Assembly: GCA_028534125.1 (NCBI GenBank)
Contig: CM052817.1
Span: 54,934,001 to 54,998,000, forward strand
Length of the DNA stretch: 64,000 bases
Origin: Lama glama
Lineage: Eukaryota
Reading direction: 5' to 3'
A model generated the notes under the pieces. It was given only the letters and a program-made list of their open reading frames with translations. It did not search any database and was not told the DNA's origin. Made by a program: the position numbers and the translations under genes. Below, piece after piece: positions 33,411 through 47,218 of the stretch; the first letter of the stretch is position 1, and every line of letters begins with the position of its first letter.

Positions 33411-36400
33411 CAGATGCAACCCAGCAAGTTGCATCTAGTCCTGCCACGAGTCCCCAGTCCCACTGCCACACCAGCCAAGTCACATTTCTGGAGCAATGAG
33501 GCAACCAGATTCTACCAGTCTGTTTTGCTTTGTTCTGCCAACAATCTTAGCCAAGAGGATACACAAATGCCTACTTTTCAGAAGGCTTCTCAATATGGAA
33601 TAAGGACAGTGCAGAATTGTCCTAAGGTGTGTAGGGGTGGAGGTAGGGTGTCTAAATATTGAAGTGTTATAGATGCTGACTTTGCAGTTTTCCTGTCCTT
33701 ATTCCTAGGAGTGAATATAGAACATAACTTAAAGTATGCTCAGAGGAAATGGATAATTCGCTTGTTTTTTGTATTTCCTTCTGAAATTGGAAAGTGTGTA
33801 GCTTTACTCTTTTTGGGACCATTTCTCTTTACCGTAAGATCATCCTACACTCTCTGAGACCTATATACATTATCTTCTTAGAAGCACATGGCTTTACTTT
33901 TCCCTCATTATGTGAACTGAATAAAATGTGCCATAGTTATCCTAAAACCTAACATTTTAGAGGATTTTCCAACCAAAATCAGAGTGAGATTGAAACATTT
34001 GGGTTCTAAACCCTTAACTAACTATACATCCTGTTCTCACGGTGGACCATTTGTAGATCCCAAATTTTCCACTGGCTACTTTGAAGGCTTCATATGCACA
34101 AAATTGACCTACGTTTCCCTTAGCTTGATATCTGACTGACATATAGATGCATAGAAGGTAGAGGCATAGAATCAAAGGTTTCCAGATAGGAAGAGAACTT
34201 AGGAAAACTATCGTCTATGACTCTTATTTTAAAGGAAAAAAAAAGTTTCACTAACTACTTCAGAAAAATCCCTTCCAGTGTCTTATTTAAATAGATTATT
34301 CAATTAATTTTTATGGCATATATACATTTGTTAAGATATCCAAAATATTTAAACACTTATCTTTGTTATTTCTCAATAAATCTCATAGTAATGATACAAT
34401 ATGATTTTTATATCAAGTAGATAGTATCTTATGAAATTATCATTGCAATTCAAAAGTCAATTTCCTATTGCATTTATTTATATATAAAAACACATAGAAG
34501 TTAACATTTTAGAAAGTAGGAAGCACTATCCTGGCTTCTTCCTCAGTGCTTTAAAGCACTTACTATAAAATTGTACATATTTTGGAACTGGATTAAACTG
34601 TATAATTACGGTTTGATGTATTCGGTTAATCTATAATTATAGTCTTTTTGACTATTGGCACATAGCATTTAAAATTATAGAACAAGATTAAAAATATGAC
34701 ATCAAATTCGTTGCTAAATTAATAGTAAATTGCTGAATCCAAATGTTAATACGTGGTATCTTTAAAATTTAAAACAATACCAATCCCCTATATGAGAATA
34801 GTTAATTTAAAAATTAGTGGTATATGACAATATTCCAAGTTAAACAGAATATAGCTTCAGGAATTTCTTGGCTTGGAATGCTGATTGAGTCTTACAGATC
34901 CTAGTCTGATGACTGTCTCAGTAATAGATTTTATCTATTATTTATGTTAGAGCTTTTTAAATTCATCCTGACAGTTTACTGTTTTATAAGTTTTAGAAAT
35001 ATGTTTTTAGATAACACTTTCTGTTAATTTCCAAAGCTTAAATCTGCCTAGTTTTATCAATGGTCCAAATATGGCATTCTCCTGACCAAAGCTATAATTT
35101 TTTGAAATCTGTTTTCCAAATATACACCTCATTGGGAATGTTTGTACTTCTTTTGTAATTTCTTACATTCCTAAAGATTTCCCTGTTCTTATTTGAAACA
35201 TTTCTTTATAACTAAGGAATATTGCAAGAATACTGGGGTATCTGTAAACTAGGCTAAAGACTGGTTGGTAACAGTCTTAAGAAAATTACTAAGAACTCAA
35301 GAGGTAAATTTTTGTTCTACAAAAACAGGATTTTCAGTTCCCTATATTGCTAAAGTCCTTTTAAAGTAGAGCTAGCATACTGATGACTATTTGGATAAAA
35401 TTACTTTCTCCTACTTACTGTCATTTTCTTTCTGTAAAGAAAGCTTCTTTGATTTACACATTTCAGAATTCTGCTTGCCTGGTGGAAGCTATTACCTGCA
35501 TTCGTGGTTTTAAATAATAGAGTGAGTAACAGTGAACAAATGATTGAACACCACCTGTTTTTGTATCTCACATTGTTACCTTCTTAATGAGAAGATTTTT
35601 ACTACAAAACTAATAAACAGAAGAATACCCAAACATTCAGAGTACAGTATCAAGGGCTACCTATGTCTCCAGAAACAAAATGTTTCATAGTGATATCAAA
35701 AGAGAACAGGAGGGGAAAAGGAAGGAGGACATTACTGGTTGGATACACTGCAGAGCACTTTAGTTCAAAAAGATTCTAAGAGAAAATGTAAACCTGTTTA
35801 AAGACAGAATATGTTCATTACAATGACTTTGTTTTAAAGTGTCCTCTCCTTAGTAGTGAGTGGGAATCAAAAAAGAGCAATAATTAAGTATGAAGACACT
35901 CTTTTTTGAGGGTTAGCAATGAAGGTACATAACACAGTCTAGTAAATGCAGAAAGAGACAAAGGAATATTGAGCTGCAGAAGGCCAAGTTCCATGCTGTT
36001 ATTGATATAAATAGCTTGTTGGAGACTCTTTTCTTTTTGTGAGACTGCCAGAGGATATGTCTACTGCATCTTGATTATGGAAATTTTATTTATATGACAC
36101 TATTAAAAATCAATGACATGTAGCAACTTACTTTTTAATATACTTTTGTCTTTGAATTTTGCTCTGTATGGAGATAGATGGTGATTGGCTTACCAGCTTA
36201 ACTTTGCTCAGGAATTCTGCTCCCATTTGTAAAACTTAAGTCAGTCTCCACTTATTTTCCCTGTCCTCACACTCTCAGGATTTCACAATAACAATATGTC
36301 TTGGTATATCCTTTCTCTTTAAAAAAAAAAATGTGTTCTTTAGTCAGATACATCAGTCAAATCTTTCCCCACCGAACTCCGTCTTTCTGTGCTTAAGACA

Positions 36401-36729
36401 CAGTCGATGGGTATACATCACCTCAAATGTCCTGCCTACTGTGGCTGTGTTAGAATAACAGACAAGCATTGGTTTGAAACCAGAATTCTACGTCTTTTTT
36501 TCTTCTGTAGAAATATTCACGGCTCCCTGGATCTTCAACTGTCTTATGTCCCATGAGTTTTTGTAACCATAGTAATGCTTTTAAGATTATTCTTTAAACT
36601 AGTATCTTGAAAAAGAGTAACAGTCCTAAGAGTCTTGTTTATATCCTCAGTTTTTCCCTTTTTCCTAGGCTGTCCTCCCTTCATTATTGCCAAAACGGTT
36701 GTGGGTTAGAAGGCCAAAAATATTGAGAT

Positions 36730-36910
36730 GTGGACAGAGCTAATTAGCTCTAGAACCCTAGTAAACATCCTTCTGTGAGAGCCATACTGTAAATACAAGC
36801 CTGCTTCAAACCACTCTCTCATTTGAGAGCAATCATAACAAGTGCCATCTGCCAAAGGGGAGAGAGAAGGCCGCTTGGAGCAGTTGGCATGCAGGACGAG
36901 CTGCAACTTG
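36730..36910. promoter_or_regulatory. Candidate enhancer
   Basis: Palindromic homeodomain site, two forkhead-like sites and two E-boxes in 150 bp of unique sequence. Motif inspection only. Confidence 0.3.
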
Positions 36911-37249
36911 TATCACTGTGTCCTAGCTCATTGTTTCAAGACAGTATGCTTGATTTGACAATGAGCCCTTATGTTTTCTTTTAAATATTGTTTACATAGG
37001 AGTTCAACATCAAATAAACAACAGGCATTGATGTTAAGAAATTCAGGGCTGATATCCTTTGCATTCCTCTTTCATCTAGCAGATTTCTCTATTGTTCCTA
37101 GTCGCATTCAAATTATTTGCATATGTTGTAATTAAAATCTTTGAAATTTACTGATTACTGATATGTGTAGGACAAAGCATTATCTTTAGTCAATATATGC
37201 TGTACAGGTAAATAATATGCATACAAAACAGTTAAGGCACTGTTGGGTG

Positions 37250-38330
37250 TACATTAAAATTATCAGATGCATTTTTCTATTAATAAGGGCCTATTGTCTA
37301 GGTTTCAAGGCAGGATATATGCATAATAATGACAACTAACATTTTTGGTATGTATTATAATTCAGGTAGCTGCTCATTTAGATACATTGTTTTACTGGAA
37401 GTCACACAATAACATTTAATTACAAATCAAGACATGATATAATTCAATGGCCATGTGTTGTTCCAAAACTAGTTCTATTATTGGGAGTGGAAAGAATACT
37501 GTTGATCAAAGTGGTCAAGACAGACATCACAGAAGAGGGTACATAAGATTATTACTGATAAATAGGAATAAAATACTAAGGAGACAGAAAAATAGGGAAG
37601 CCATATGGAGATTTATTTAGCAAAAGATTATACAGTTGCTTTACGACATGGCCTGTTTCAAAGGGCACTGTTTAGTTAAAGCAAAAAAAAAAAAATGTCC
37701 AGTTGAAGAGGTGGAGCTAGAACTCAAGTACCGATTTGGGTAAGACAGTCACCAGTCACTACAGGCGTGTGTTAATTGTAACTTGAGAGTAGAAGAGTTC
37801 CCCTGCTTTAAACTCAAGGCTTTGGTTGGAACAGGGACGTAGGGTATGGTCATCATCTGGGTACCTCATCATTGTATCAGCGAGGGCAGTTTTGGAGGAT
37901 CTACTTTAATTGTTCATGATTCTGGGTAATGGTTTCACTGAGACAATTACTGCATGTTTAGAAAAGTTATCTGGAATAATATTGAGTGTTGGAGAATTCT
38001 AATAATGTCTGGATAAGGCTAAAGCAGGAAGACAAATTAACAAAGAAGGAGAAACAGAGAGATAGGAGGAAATGTAGGTGCTATGAATTACAGATAACTA
38101 AGGAAGTGAGTGGTGAGTATTAAAGGATGCTAAAATGACCAGTAGAATGAGTCTAAGAAAGGCTGGCTAGATTTTGTGATCAATTGTCCACTAGTAACAT
38201 TTGTGATTACCTTTTCTGAAGAGAGTATGTCAAACTGAATTGAGCTAAGAATAAAATGAAGGATGATAGACTTATAAACATAATGGGAAATTTGTTAATA
38301 AAAGAGCAAAGAAATAAAAGAGTAGACAGA
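37250..38330 (-). mobile_element. Highly degraded L2 fragments
   Basis: Purine-rich tract with L2-like pieces ('gtggtcaagacagacatcacagaagaggg'; 'gtccactagtaacattt'). Boundaries approximate. Confidence 0.4.
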
Positions 38331-38414
38331 AGGATCAGTATAATCGACTAAATCAGTCACCACCAGGGAGTGGTTATGCTAAAACACTGAGTATGTGTCA
38401 TTCTACTAGATTAA

Positions 38415-38602
38415 CACTGCTCAGTGGAACACTGCAGTGATAGGAATGTTTTATATATGCACTGACCAATGCAGTAGCCACTAACTGTATGTGCTTATTG
38501 AGCACATGAAATATGGCTAGTTCAGATAAGGAAATGAATTGTTAATTTAATTTAAGTTATATAGCCACATGTGGCTAATAGCTACTATATTGGATAGCAG
38601 AT
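38415..38602 (+). mobile_element. MER3 (hAT-Charlie) DNA transposon
   Basis: 'gcactgaccaatgcagtagccactaac...ttattgagcacatgaaatatggctag...atagccacatgtggctaatagctactatattggatagc'. Confidence 0.82.
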
Positions 38603-38635
38603 ATACATATTACTGATAGAAGAATACAATATCAC

Positions 38636-39040
38636 CTTTTGAAATTAAAGTATGATTAATATACAATAAAATGCATAACTCTTAAAGTGAGTAATTTAAT
38701 CAGCTTTGAGAATTGAATATTCCCATAAAACTACCACACAAAATAATATATAAGATTTCCCATTGATCGAAACCATTCCTTCATGTCCTTTTCAAATCAG
38801 TTCCCTTTCTACTTCTGAGAGCTGCCACTTTCTGATTTTTTATATAAGCAGATTGTTACAGCATTTTCTCATTTCTGTCTGGCTTCTTTCATGTAACAGA
38901 GTATTTAATGTACGTGAATGTTATTGTATATATCAATTCCATCATGTGGAATTGACTAAACTAATTTGTTTATCCACTGCCCTATTGATGAGTACTTGTG
39001 CAGTTTTCAGCTTGGGACTATTATGTACCTACTGTTTATA
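38636..39040 (-). mobile_element. Old L1M 3' end
   Basis: 'ttttgaaattaaagtatgattaatatacaataaaatgcata...cttaaagtg' followed by 'tgtctggcttctttca...tttatccactgccctattgatg'. Confidence 0.75.
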
Positions 39041-39494
39041 ACCCGGAGGGACAATGTCAGCCATCACCATTTCTGCTTCAAGTTGCAGGACACCCAAATG
39101 ACCTGGTTTATGTGATTGAAATATCTAGGGGAAGATCTGGCCTCGGACGCAACCTGGTGTAGGTGCTCATGCAGTACCATTAAGATCTAATTTCTTTCTG
39201 TCCATCTTAGCTCTTCTTCCTGTCCCACTCAGAGTCTAGCATCATGGTAGCAAAAAAAAGGTGGAGCCACTTCAATGTATATTTGCATCCTTATAAACAT
39301 AATCCCATCAGATAATGTATAAAAAGCACAAATATAATTTCAACTGAGATAATTATTTAATAGCTTTTCTGAAAGCCAAATTGATCTCCAAAGTGTAGTT
39401 AAACCATCTAGTTGCATGCATATAATACAGTAGAAAATCTGATTGCCAAGAAGGTCTTGCTTTTTGGAAAAAAAAACTTTGAGGAGGAAAAGAC

Positions 39495-39910
39495 AAGCGT
39501 AGTATGAAATTTATAATCTAATAGTTATAATTCTGGCCTTTGAACTAAGATTTTAAATATTAGCACTATCCCCTATAAGATACATGATATTGGTCAAGTT
39601 ATTTGGTTCCTCTGTTTCTTTATATGTAAAATGGAAATAATTTATAGCACCTGTAACACTGTTAGGTTGTTTGACTATTAAGTGCAATGATATATGCAAA
39701 TGTTAGCATAGTGCCTGGAAAAAAATATGTTGATAAATATGAATTATAATTATTAAATATGCTCAATGAGGCTCTTCTATAAATGTAGAATTTGAGATTA
39801 AATACACTTTATTTTATATTTGAGGACTTGAGATGTCTGGAGCTAAATGGCTTTTCTAAGCTCATGCATTAGTAAGTTGATGAACCAGAGCTAACACCAT
39901 TTCCCATTTT
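39495..39910. mobile_element. Two MIR remnants (+ then -)
   Basis: 'ggtcaagttattt...tctgtttctttatatgtaaaatggaaataat...ttagcatagtgcctgg', then an antisense core at ~39800-39900. Confidence 0.65.
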
Positions 39911-42900
39911 TCTTTCCAATAATACATAAACATTTTTTTTCAAGCCCTGAACAGTTATATTTACCTACTCCTTTTTTATGGGACACAAAAAAAAATCTTA
40001 TTTACAAATAAGCAGTTACCTCTCCCTGTGTCATCCTCACAAGATATGTTAGTAATCAGGGAATAGTTCATTCTTAGGAAAACAACTGGAATAGTTGGCC
40101 ATATTTATCTTTCATTGTTTTGTCTGCTTCTGTTTACTCTCTCCCTATCCTGTTGATGCCTTTATTCATTCTCAGTTCTCTATATGGAGTCTTCCTAATA
40201 GGGATTCTAAATTATGCTCACTTTTCAGTTTATCCAAGAACCTACTGTGCAGCCAGGAAGGTGTTCCAGAGATGCAAAGATTTCAGTAAACACCAACCAT
40301 ATCTGTACCACTGAGGAGACTGCCAGCCCTGCCAAAAGGTTAACTTTATCACCATTTCCTTTCTCCTCCCTACTGTCTTCTGCATTCTCACGTCTTCCCA
40401 TGGATTAAACAGGGTACGTGATCCTGTGTTAATGCATTCCTAAAGCTTGTTGTCAAAGGGAACGTCAAAGAAACCAAAGGTAGGAATAGACTAAAGAGGA
40501 AAATAAAAAAGAACAATTGCCATGCCTCTAATACACTGCATTCAATTTCTGCCATTCCTTGGAGCTGCCACATTTCATATATGGCTATTATTCTATTGGG
40601 AGTTTCCTTAAACTGAAGAAACTGAAAACAGTACAGAAGATTTGCTTTGATTCTTAGCAAGAATTGTCCTCCTGGTGGTTATGGCCAGTTTTTCTTCTCA
40701 AAGTTCTGTGTTAGAGATTTCCTGAAGGGTATATAGCCCCTTCCACCAAGGGAAGGGAAGCATCTGAAAAAATTTTTGCCCAAAACACAGAGTTCTTGAA
40801 ATATAAAAGGGATGTGGGGAAAGGAATTGTGGGCAGGGAGGGAAGTAGCATCAGAAAGAGAGAACAAGAGATAAAGTGCTAACAGATGAGTCTGAAGGAA
40901 ATCAGGTAAGAAAAAAGGCATGGCAGAAAAGAGGAGAGGAAAAAAATGGCTGCTGAAATCAGAGGACAAACCAATGTTGCTGAATCTAAAAAAGTCATAT
41001 CTATTTATGGTAGTAACAATGGGAAATGGTGATACTTGCCATGGAAATCTGTTTGATCCTGCAATGCGCCCTATAACATTAAATGAAAGAATAATCAATC
41101 AAGCCAAAGATAGGGAAAAAAAAATGGGTTGAGGTATAGAGCTAGCTAGCATCCCAGACTAGTAAACAGTTGTATCCTCTGGCAAGGAAGGAATGGTAAT
41201 TCAGTTTCTATTTTTAATGTTTTCCTATAAGCATCTGTAATTAGTTTATGTTTTAAATTTAACTGATTGATAAAGCTGGTTATAATTTTGCCCATATTGT
41301 GCTGATTGAGTTATATTTAAATAGTTTTTTGATTTTGAGATATGGCTTTGAGAATCCTAACCAAGACTGTTTGGAATTTAAATACTTGAATCTGTCCACA
41401 TTGTTCTGACACTTTGGCCATTATATTTCTATGTATTATTGACGCAAAGGGCAAATTATTATCTTAATTTTCACATAGGCTATTATTGATACATTATGGA
41501 AGATAATTAGATTGATTATGTTCTAGAAAGAAAAATCACCTATTTTTACACTACTACTAACATAATTTGGATACAATGTCCAGGAAAATGAAGTTTATAG
41601 CAGTGTAGGACAGGATCACTGGGCAATATTATATTTAGTATTCTTCTGTGTGAAAAGGAGATACACTGTTTTTAAATATTTGACATATATCTTAGGTAGA
41701 ACTAGTTATGTGTAATAAAATAACTTACCAATATTACATTGCATACATTAAATGTATGCAAATACTCTGAGTATTTGGTATTGCTGATAAAATATGATCT
41801 CAGTATTTTAATGTCTACATTTTCTTCTGATTTTTTCTAGAATAAATTGCAACATACCACTTCCTCCCCATTTTGATGTCTTTTATTTGATTGCTGAGTG
41901 ATTTCTGTATAGTTTTTATTTGGATGATACTTTAACGCCTAAAAAGAGATCAGTACATTTTCCAAAATAACTTTTCAATCAACCTCAGTTTAAATTTTTA
42001 CTTAAAACATTTACATGAGGATTTTCCAGAACCCTATCTACGTTGGCCACACATGGCCACATTTCTCTTTGCCAAATGTTGATTTAGTTTTATTATTCCT
42101 TGCTATCTTCTAAGCTATTTGTGAGTTTGGTCAGCTGGTTCCTTGCTTTAATGTTGAAGCAGTTTTTCCAGACTTTTTATGCAATCATGGAAATTTTCTA
42201 ACCAAAACCAGAAAACTTTGATGAATCGCGGTGTTTATTTCATATACACATTTCACAACAGCCTTTTATTTTGGGGAGTTTCTGGTTACCATGCTTGGAT
42301 TATTTCACTTAGAGTCATCATAATAAAAGTCAAGCTATTCAGTCTACTTTAATGAAGATCCATGCCATAGGGACAAAGAAAAAAAAAAACACAGGTGGAG
42401 CTGTTAAAATGTAGTTTTAGTAAATTATACAATAGTTTTGAATACATTTAAAAATAGAATGGTGGATTAATATACAATTTTCTGTTTAAAATACATAGGC
42501 GTTTTTAATTTTTTTTCTTTCCAGGTAAAAAATAGTAGTATTTGACATTTATTTGGTGATAGGTATCAAAATTCATCCATGATAAAATAGTTCTGGGTTT
42601 CATGCTTTATTTTCTACCAAATTTTCCTTGTTGCTTTCTTAAAATAAATGTCACATAGTAGTCACTGCTTCAGATTTGAGGACCTGATCTAAATCTCCAT
42701 ACTGCTTTGAGTCCAGAGGCCACATGATTAGAACTTAAGATTTTCCTTTTGTTTCATAAATGTTACTTTTGGGAATTCTAGTATGCTTAATACATAAATA
42801 CTCTGCACAAATAACATATTCAGCTTCTGTGGCTAAAACACAAAATGGTACATTATTTCCTAGGTCAATAAATTAAGCTTCCATGTTCCTAGCCTTAGGA

Positions 42901-43339
42901 AAATTGTTACCATATTTGCATAGCTGTTTACCTGCAAGATACTTTCCTTAAGGTTCTCTGCCCACATAAAACTCCTTCCAGGTATTCCTGAAACAGAAGG
43001 CTTCATTGATTGTCTGGGGCCTAACTGCCCACCACTAAGTAAATGACCTCAGAGGGTTACCCTTCAGTCTTCTCTAATCCTAGTTTAATCACCTAAATGT
43101 AATCATTCACATCCAACTTCAGACTTACTTATCTATTTTCTATTGACTTCCTCCAACATCTTGTGACCTCCAGGACCTTGTGCCATCCCCTTCCTTCCTT
43201 CCCAGTTCTAACAGCCTGTGCCCTTCTATAGGATATACTATATTCTTACAAATTTTAGATCATAGTCATCCACATCTACGTACAAAGGCCTGCAAATGAA
43301 AACGCATCTTATTTTCTTCAGGTCTATGTAAAAATGTTT

Positions 43340-44190
43340 ATGACAGCATTCTATGTATAGTGTAGCTTCATAGGATAGTTTGAAATCAACTGTCACACCT
43401 CAATTTGTTTTCACGGCTCTATTTGATGATGGTGTTATATTACCTCCATTTTTTAGATGAGAAAATGGATCCTTAGAGACTTTATGTTCCCTGACCAAAA
43501 TTATTCAATGAATGGGGGCTTTGTATGACTTCAAAGCTAAATCCTTTTATACGACATCATGTCAATAGCCTGACCAGAAATTATCTATGAGTTTTCCTGA
43601 GCCTGCAATCTAGGTATATACATGCTCAGAATGTGTCATCAGGTATGAAATTTTATTATTCAAGGCAAAGGACGTGGTGGAAGTTTTATTCCACTTAAGT
43701 CAGAGATATTTATAAACATGACTTTTCTGTTTGGTATTGGTGTTATGAGGGACTGGAAATAAGTAACATACTGAACTCATTCATAAAGTTAGAAAGTGGA
43801 GAGAACTGGGACAGGATCCATAAACATGACATTAAACCTGTCAAACATGCAGTCAATGGTTAAATGAATGGGGAAATATGAGAATTAAGATACAATCATA
43901 GGTATAATTTATCAAGCACTTCCTATGTCTATACACAGGGAATTGTGAATATACATGTATATGCAAATTTACACGTGTATTCAAACCTACAAACTTCCAT
44001 GCATATGGAGTTAAATCAGTCTTTACAAAACTATGTGAGTTAAATATTTTGTCTCATGCTAATGGGTAAGGAATTTGAAAACTGAAAAATTAAGAGATGT
44101 GTCCAAGGTCACATGTTGGTAAGAGACAGCATCAACACACGGATCTAGTTCTGTTATCAAAGACCACCATGTTTTAATGCCTCCAGAAGG
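43340..44190 (-). mobile_element. MIR remnants
   Basis: 'ctccattttttagatgagaaaatggatccttagaga' (~43445) and 'ttaagagatgtgtccaaggtcacatg' (~44090). Confidence 0.6.
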
Positions 44191-44559
44191 GAGGCAGACT
44201 ACTGTAGGACAGCATGCTCAGGGAAACGTTCTTAAAATGGGCGAAATGTGTGTCGGGCTTTTAAGCATTAGGAGATGTGGAGATGTGAGGAGATGGGGGA
44301 GAGATTATCAAGATTTGGAGCAACAGTCAGCACAGTGTACCTAAAGGAACGAAAATTTTTATAAGGAATTTAAAGTGTTGTGGGAATATCAGTTTGGTTG
44401 GAATTATAATGACATACTGGGAACAAAGAAAAGTACAGACAAAAGAGCAAGCACATTGTTTAAGCTTATAATTTTTAGATTGCCAAGTGGGAAACCAAGA
44501 GGACTAATTAAGTAATCACTGAAAAAATTTTTAAATAAAAATAAATTTAATGTTATTAA

Positions 44560-44900
44560 ATAATATTTTATTTTTAGAGCAGGTTTAGGTTCACAGAAAA
44601 GCAGAGGAAGATACAGAGATTTCCCATTTACCTCCAGCTCTCTAACGTGCATAGCCGCCTCCATTATCAATAGCCCCCACCAGAGTGGTATGTTTGTACA
44701 ACTGGTGAACTTACCGCAGCATATCTTAATCACTCAAATTCTATAGTTTACCTTAGGTTTTACTCTTGGCATTTTACCCTCTATGGGCTTGGGAAAACAT
44801 ATGATGACATATATCCTTCATTGTGATACTGTGCAGAGTATCTTCATTGCCCTAAAAATTCTCTGTGCTCTGCCTATTTAATCCTTTCCCTCTCTTCACC
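44560..44900 (-). mobile_element. L1MC/L1MD-type 3'UTR fragment
   Basis: 'tttttagagcaggtttaggttcacag...tacagagatttccca...ccccaccagagtggtatgtttgtacaac'. Confidence 0.85.
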
Positions 44901-47218
44901 ACTGAAGTTCTTTGAGAATGAAAATACCATAATAATATTCATATTTTAGGAATATTAATCGGATGTTGATTTTTCTAGTGCTGGAAAGAATAGAAATATT
45001 ATTTTTTCTTAGTTATCATTTGGAATAATTCATTCACGTAGTGAATGCAAAAGGAGGGTCCCAAGAAAAAATTGAAAGAAGTCAAACCTCAGTCTCTGAA
45101 GAAAGAGAACATGGCATGAAAAGAAAGAGTTTTAAATATAACTAGTAGGAAAAAAAGGAATTCAATTCATTCTACATTTTCTAAGCACCATCTAAGTGTG
45201 AGGTATGATGTTAAGAATTAGTTTAACCCTGTCCCAATAGGTATGGGAATTGAGAGAGAAAGGACATCATAGACAGAGACGAGTTTGATGTCATGCTGTA
45301 AGAATTATTAGGAATCATTTAATTTAAAGGTTTGTCTGAAATAGGAGATAGAGGTCAATATTTGAAAATTAGAAAATGTCCTTTTTAAGGATCAGAGAAT
45401 AGAATTTAAAGAGGTGATGACCAGGCCTTTCATCTTGCAAAATAGATCCTTCTGGAGGGAAGAAAGGGGAGCCAGTGAGGAAGATAAAGACCAGTAAGTA
45501 AAACAAAATGAGAATGTTGTATTTTCATAGAAGAAAGATACTTTATAAATTATGGAAGAACACTAAAGAATCATTTTTAAGCACTTTGGAAAATGAAAGA
45601 CTTGTATATTGTGTATTTTTTATTTTGTCTTTTGGTTTAAAGAGATTTTGTTGTGGTTTTTGTTTGCTTCTCAAGCACATATTTTCCCTCTATAAACTGT
45701 AGTCTTCAAAAGAAAGCTCAGATTTCTGTGAGATTTCTTTCAAGAGTTTCTATAGTGCTCTTACAAAAAAAAAAAAACTTTGCTGTTTAAGAAGAAAAGA
45801 TCAAAAACACAGGAATGGATATTTTATTAAAAATATTCTTTTCTAAATAAGTTTGTTATGGAAACGTAACCTATTTTTCATTTAAGTAAGAGACTGCAAA
45901 AATGTGCAGTTGGTTATCTCTCAGGAATGACATGATGAAAAATCATGATACCTTGGATGAACTGCGCCACTTTAATTAATTACGGTAATCTTGTCAGCTA
46001 GCAGAACCAACTTAAAGCATGTAAAGCACTGTTGCCTAAAACATGTCTTTCTGAGTTGCTATAATTTTCATTTACAATGGCTTTCATTATTATGACAATA
46101 CATATTTCCCAAGTTTACAAAGTAGATGATAATCACAAATTGATTTGGACCCGAACTTTCCTTAAGGAATTTAAAGATGATAGATCTAAAATATAAAATG
46201 ATTTTCCTAGCATGACAGATGTAAGTTTGAATTGTGTGATTTGAAATCCATCAAAGTATCTAAGCCCAAATTGTCTTCTTCAGAATTGGTATGCACATTT
46301 TACATTGTTTTAAATGCACTCTTTGTGTTTGACTCCAGTTCCCTTCAAAAGCAAAGAGTGCTGCCTAAGGCTTGGCAGTATAAATCAAAGAAGAGTCCCA
46401 TTCTATTGACAGTTGCTGCCTTGGGGAATCTGATACTTCTAGGTTATATATATTCTTTAAATTTCATGTTACATTCATTACCAGTTTTTATCCCCCATTT
46501 CAAGGAACTCATTTCAGAATTGCCTAAAAATCTGAGAAGACAAACCAAAGATATACCACTCTACTATTCAGATATACCACAGGAATGGTAAAGCTGCAGA
46601 AACATGGGCAATACAGAATCATCAGGCAGTCCAAAATGGGTACGTTACTAGCTTAAAATGAAGACACCTTGGTGAAACAACTTGACAAAATGTATAAAAC
46701 ACAAGCAGTTTTTAGTAATAGTCTGTATTTACTAGAACCACATCTCTTCCTTAAATCACAGGATCATTCTGTGAATCAAATGTGCAATCAATCAAAAATC
46801 AAGGACAGATTAGTATCCATTTTCAGATGGGAAAAAGTTATTTGCAAAGTATAGCCAAGATATATGGGCTATATTTGGTAAAAATATTGCTCAAGTTGGG
46901 GTGAACTTAAGGACTTAAAACATGCTAAAAGGTCACCTTGCAAAACAAACTCCTACAAATTGTAAGTGATTAAAATTGGGAAACTGAAGCGACCACAAAG
47001 AAATGTTTCTCTAATTCTGGAAACAGCAATGGATAAGTGGAAGGTTGTGATATACCTGAGGATTTTCTCTAAGAAAATTCAGAGACTAAAATACCACCTC
47101 TCCTTCCCTAACGCAGTATGCTGAGAGCAGGTCAACAGCAGAAAAGTCTTATAGAAAAATGTCATAACTAATGCGGGAATCTTTCTGTATGTAAAATGCC
47201 ATGGTTGGGTCAAGCCAG

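Noticed and set aside
34545..34560. Perfect 16-bp palindrome agtgctttaaagcact
   Set aside because: One or a few palindromes of this length are expected by chance in 64 kb of AT-rich DNA, and there is no supporting context.
40095..41132. Cluster of overlapping ORFs (up to 139 aa), a CTCF-like ccaccaggagg and TATA-like motifs
   Set aside because: The ORFs are compositionally biased with no recognisable domain. The region may be an ancient LTR, but I cannot find termini or assign a family.
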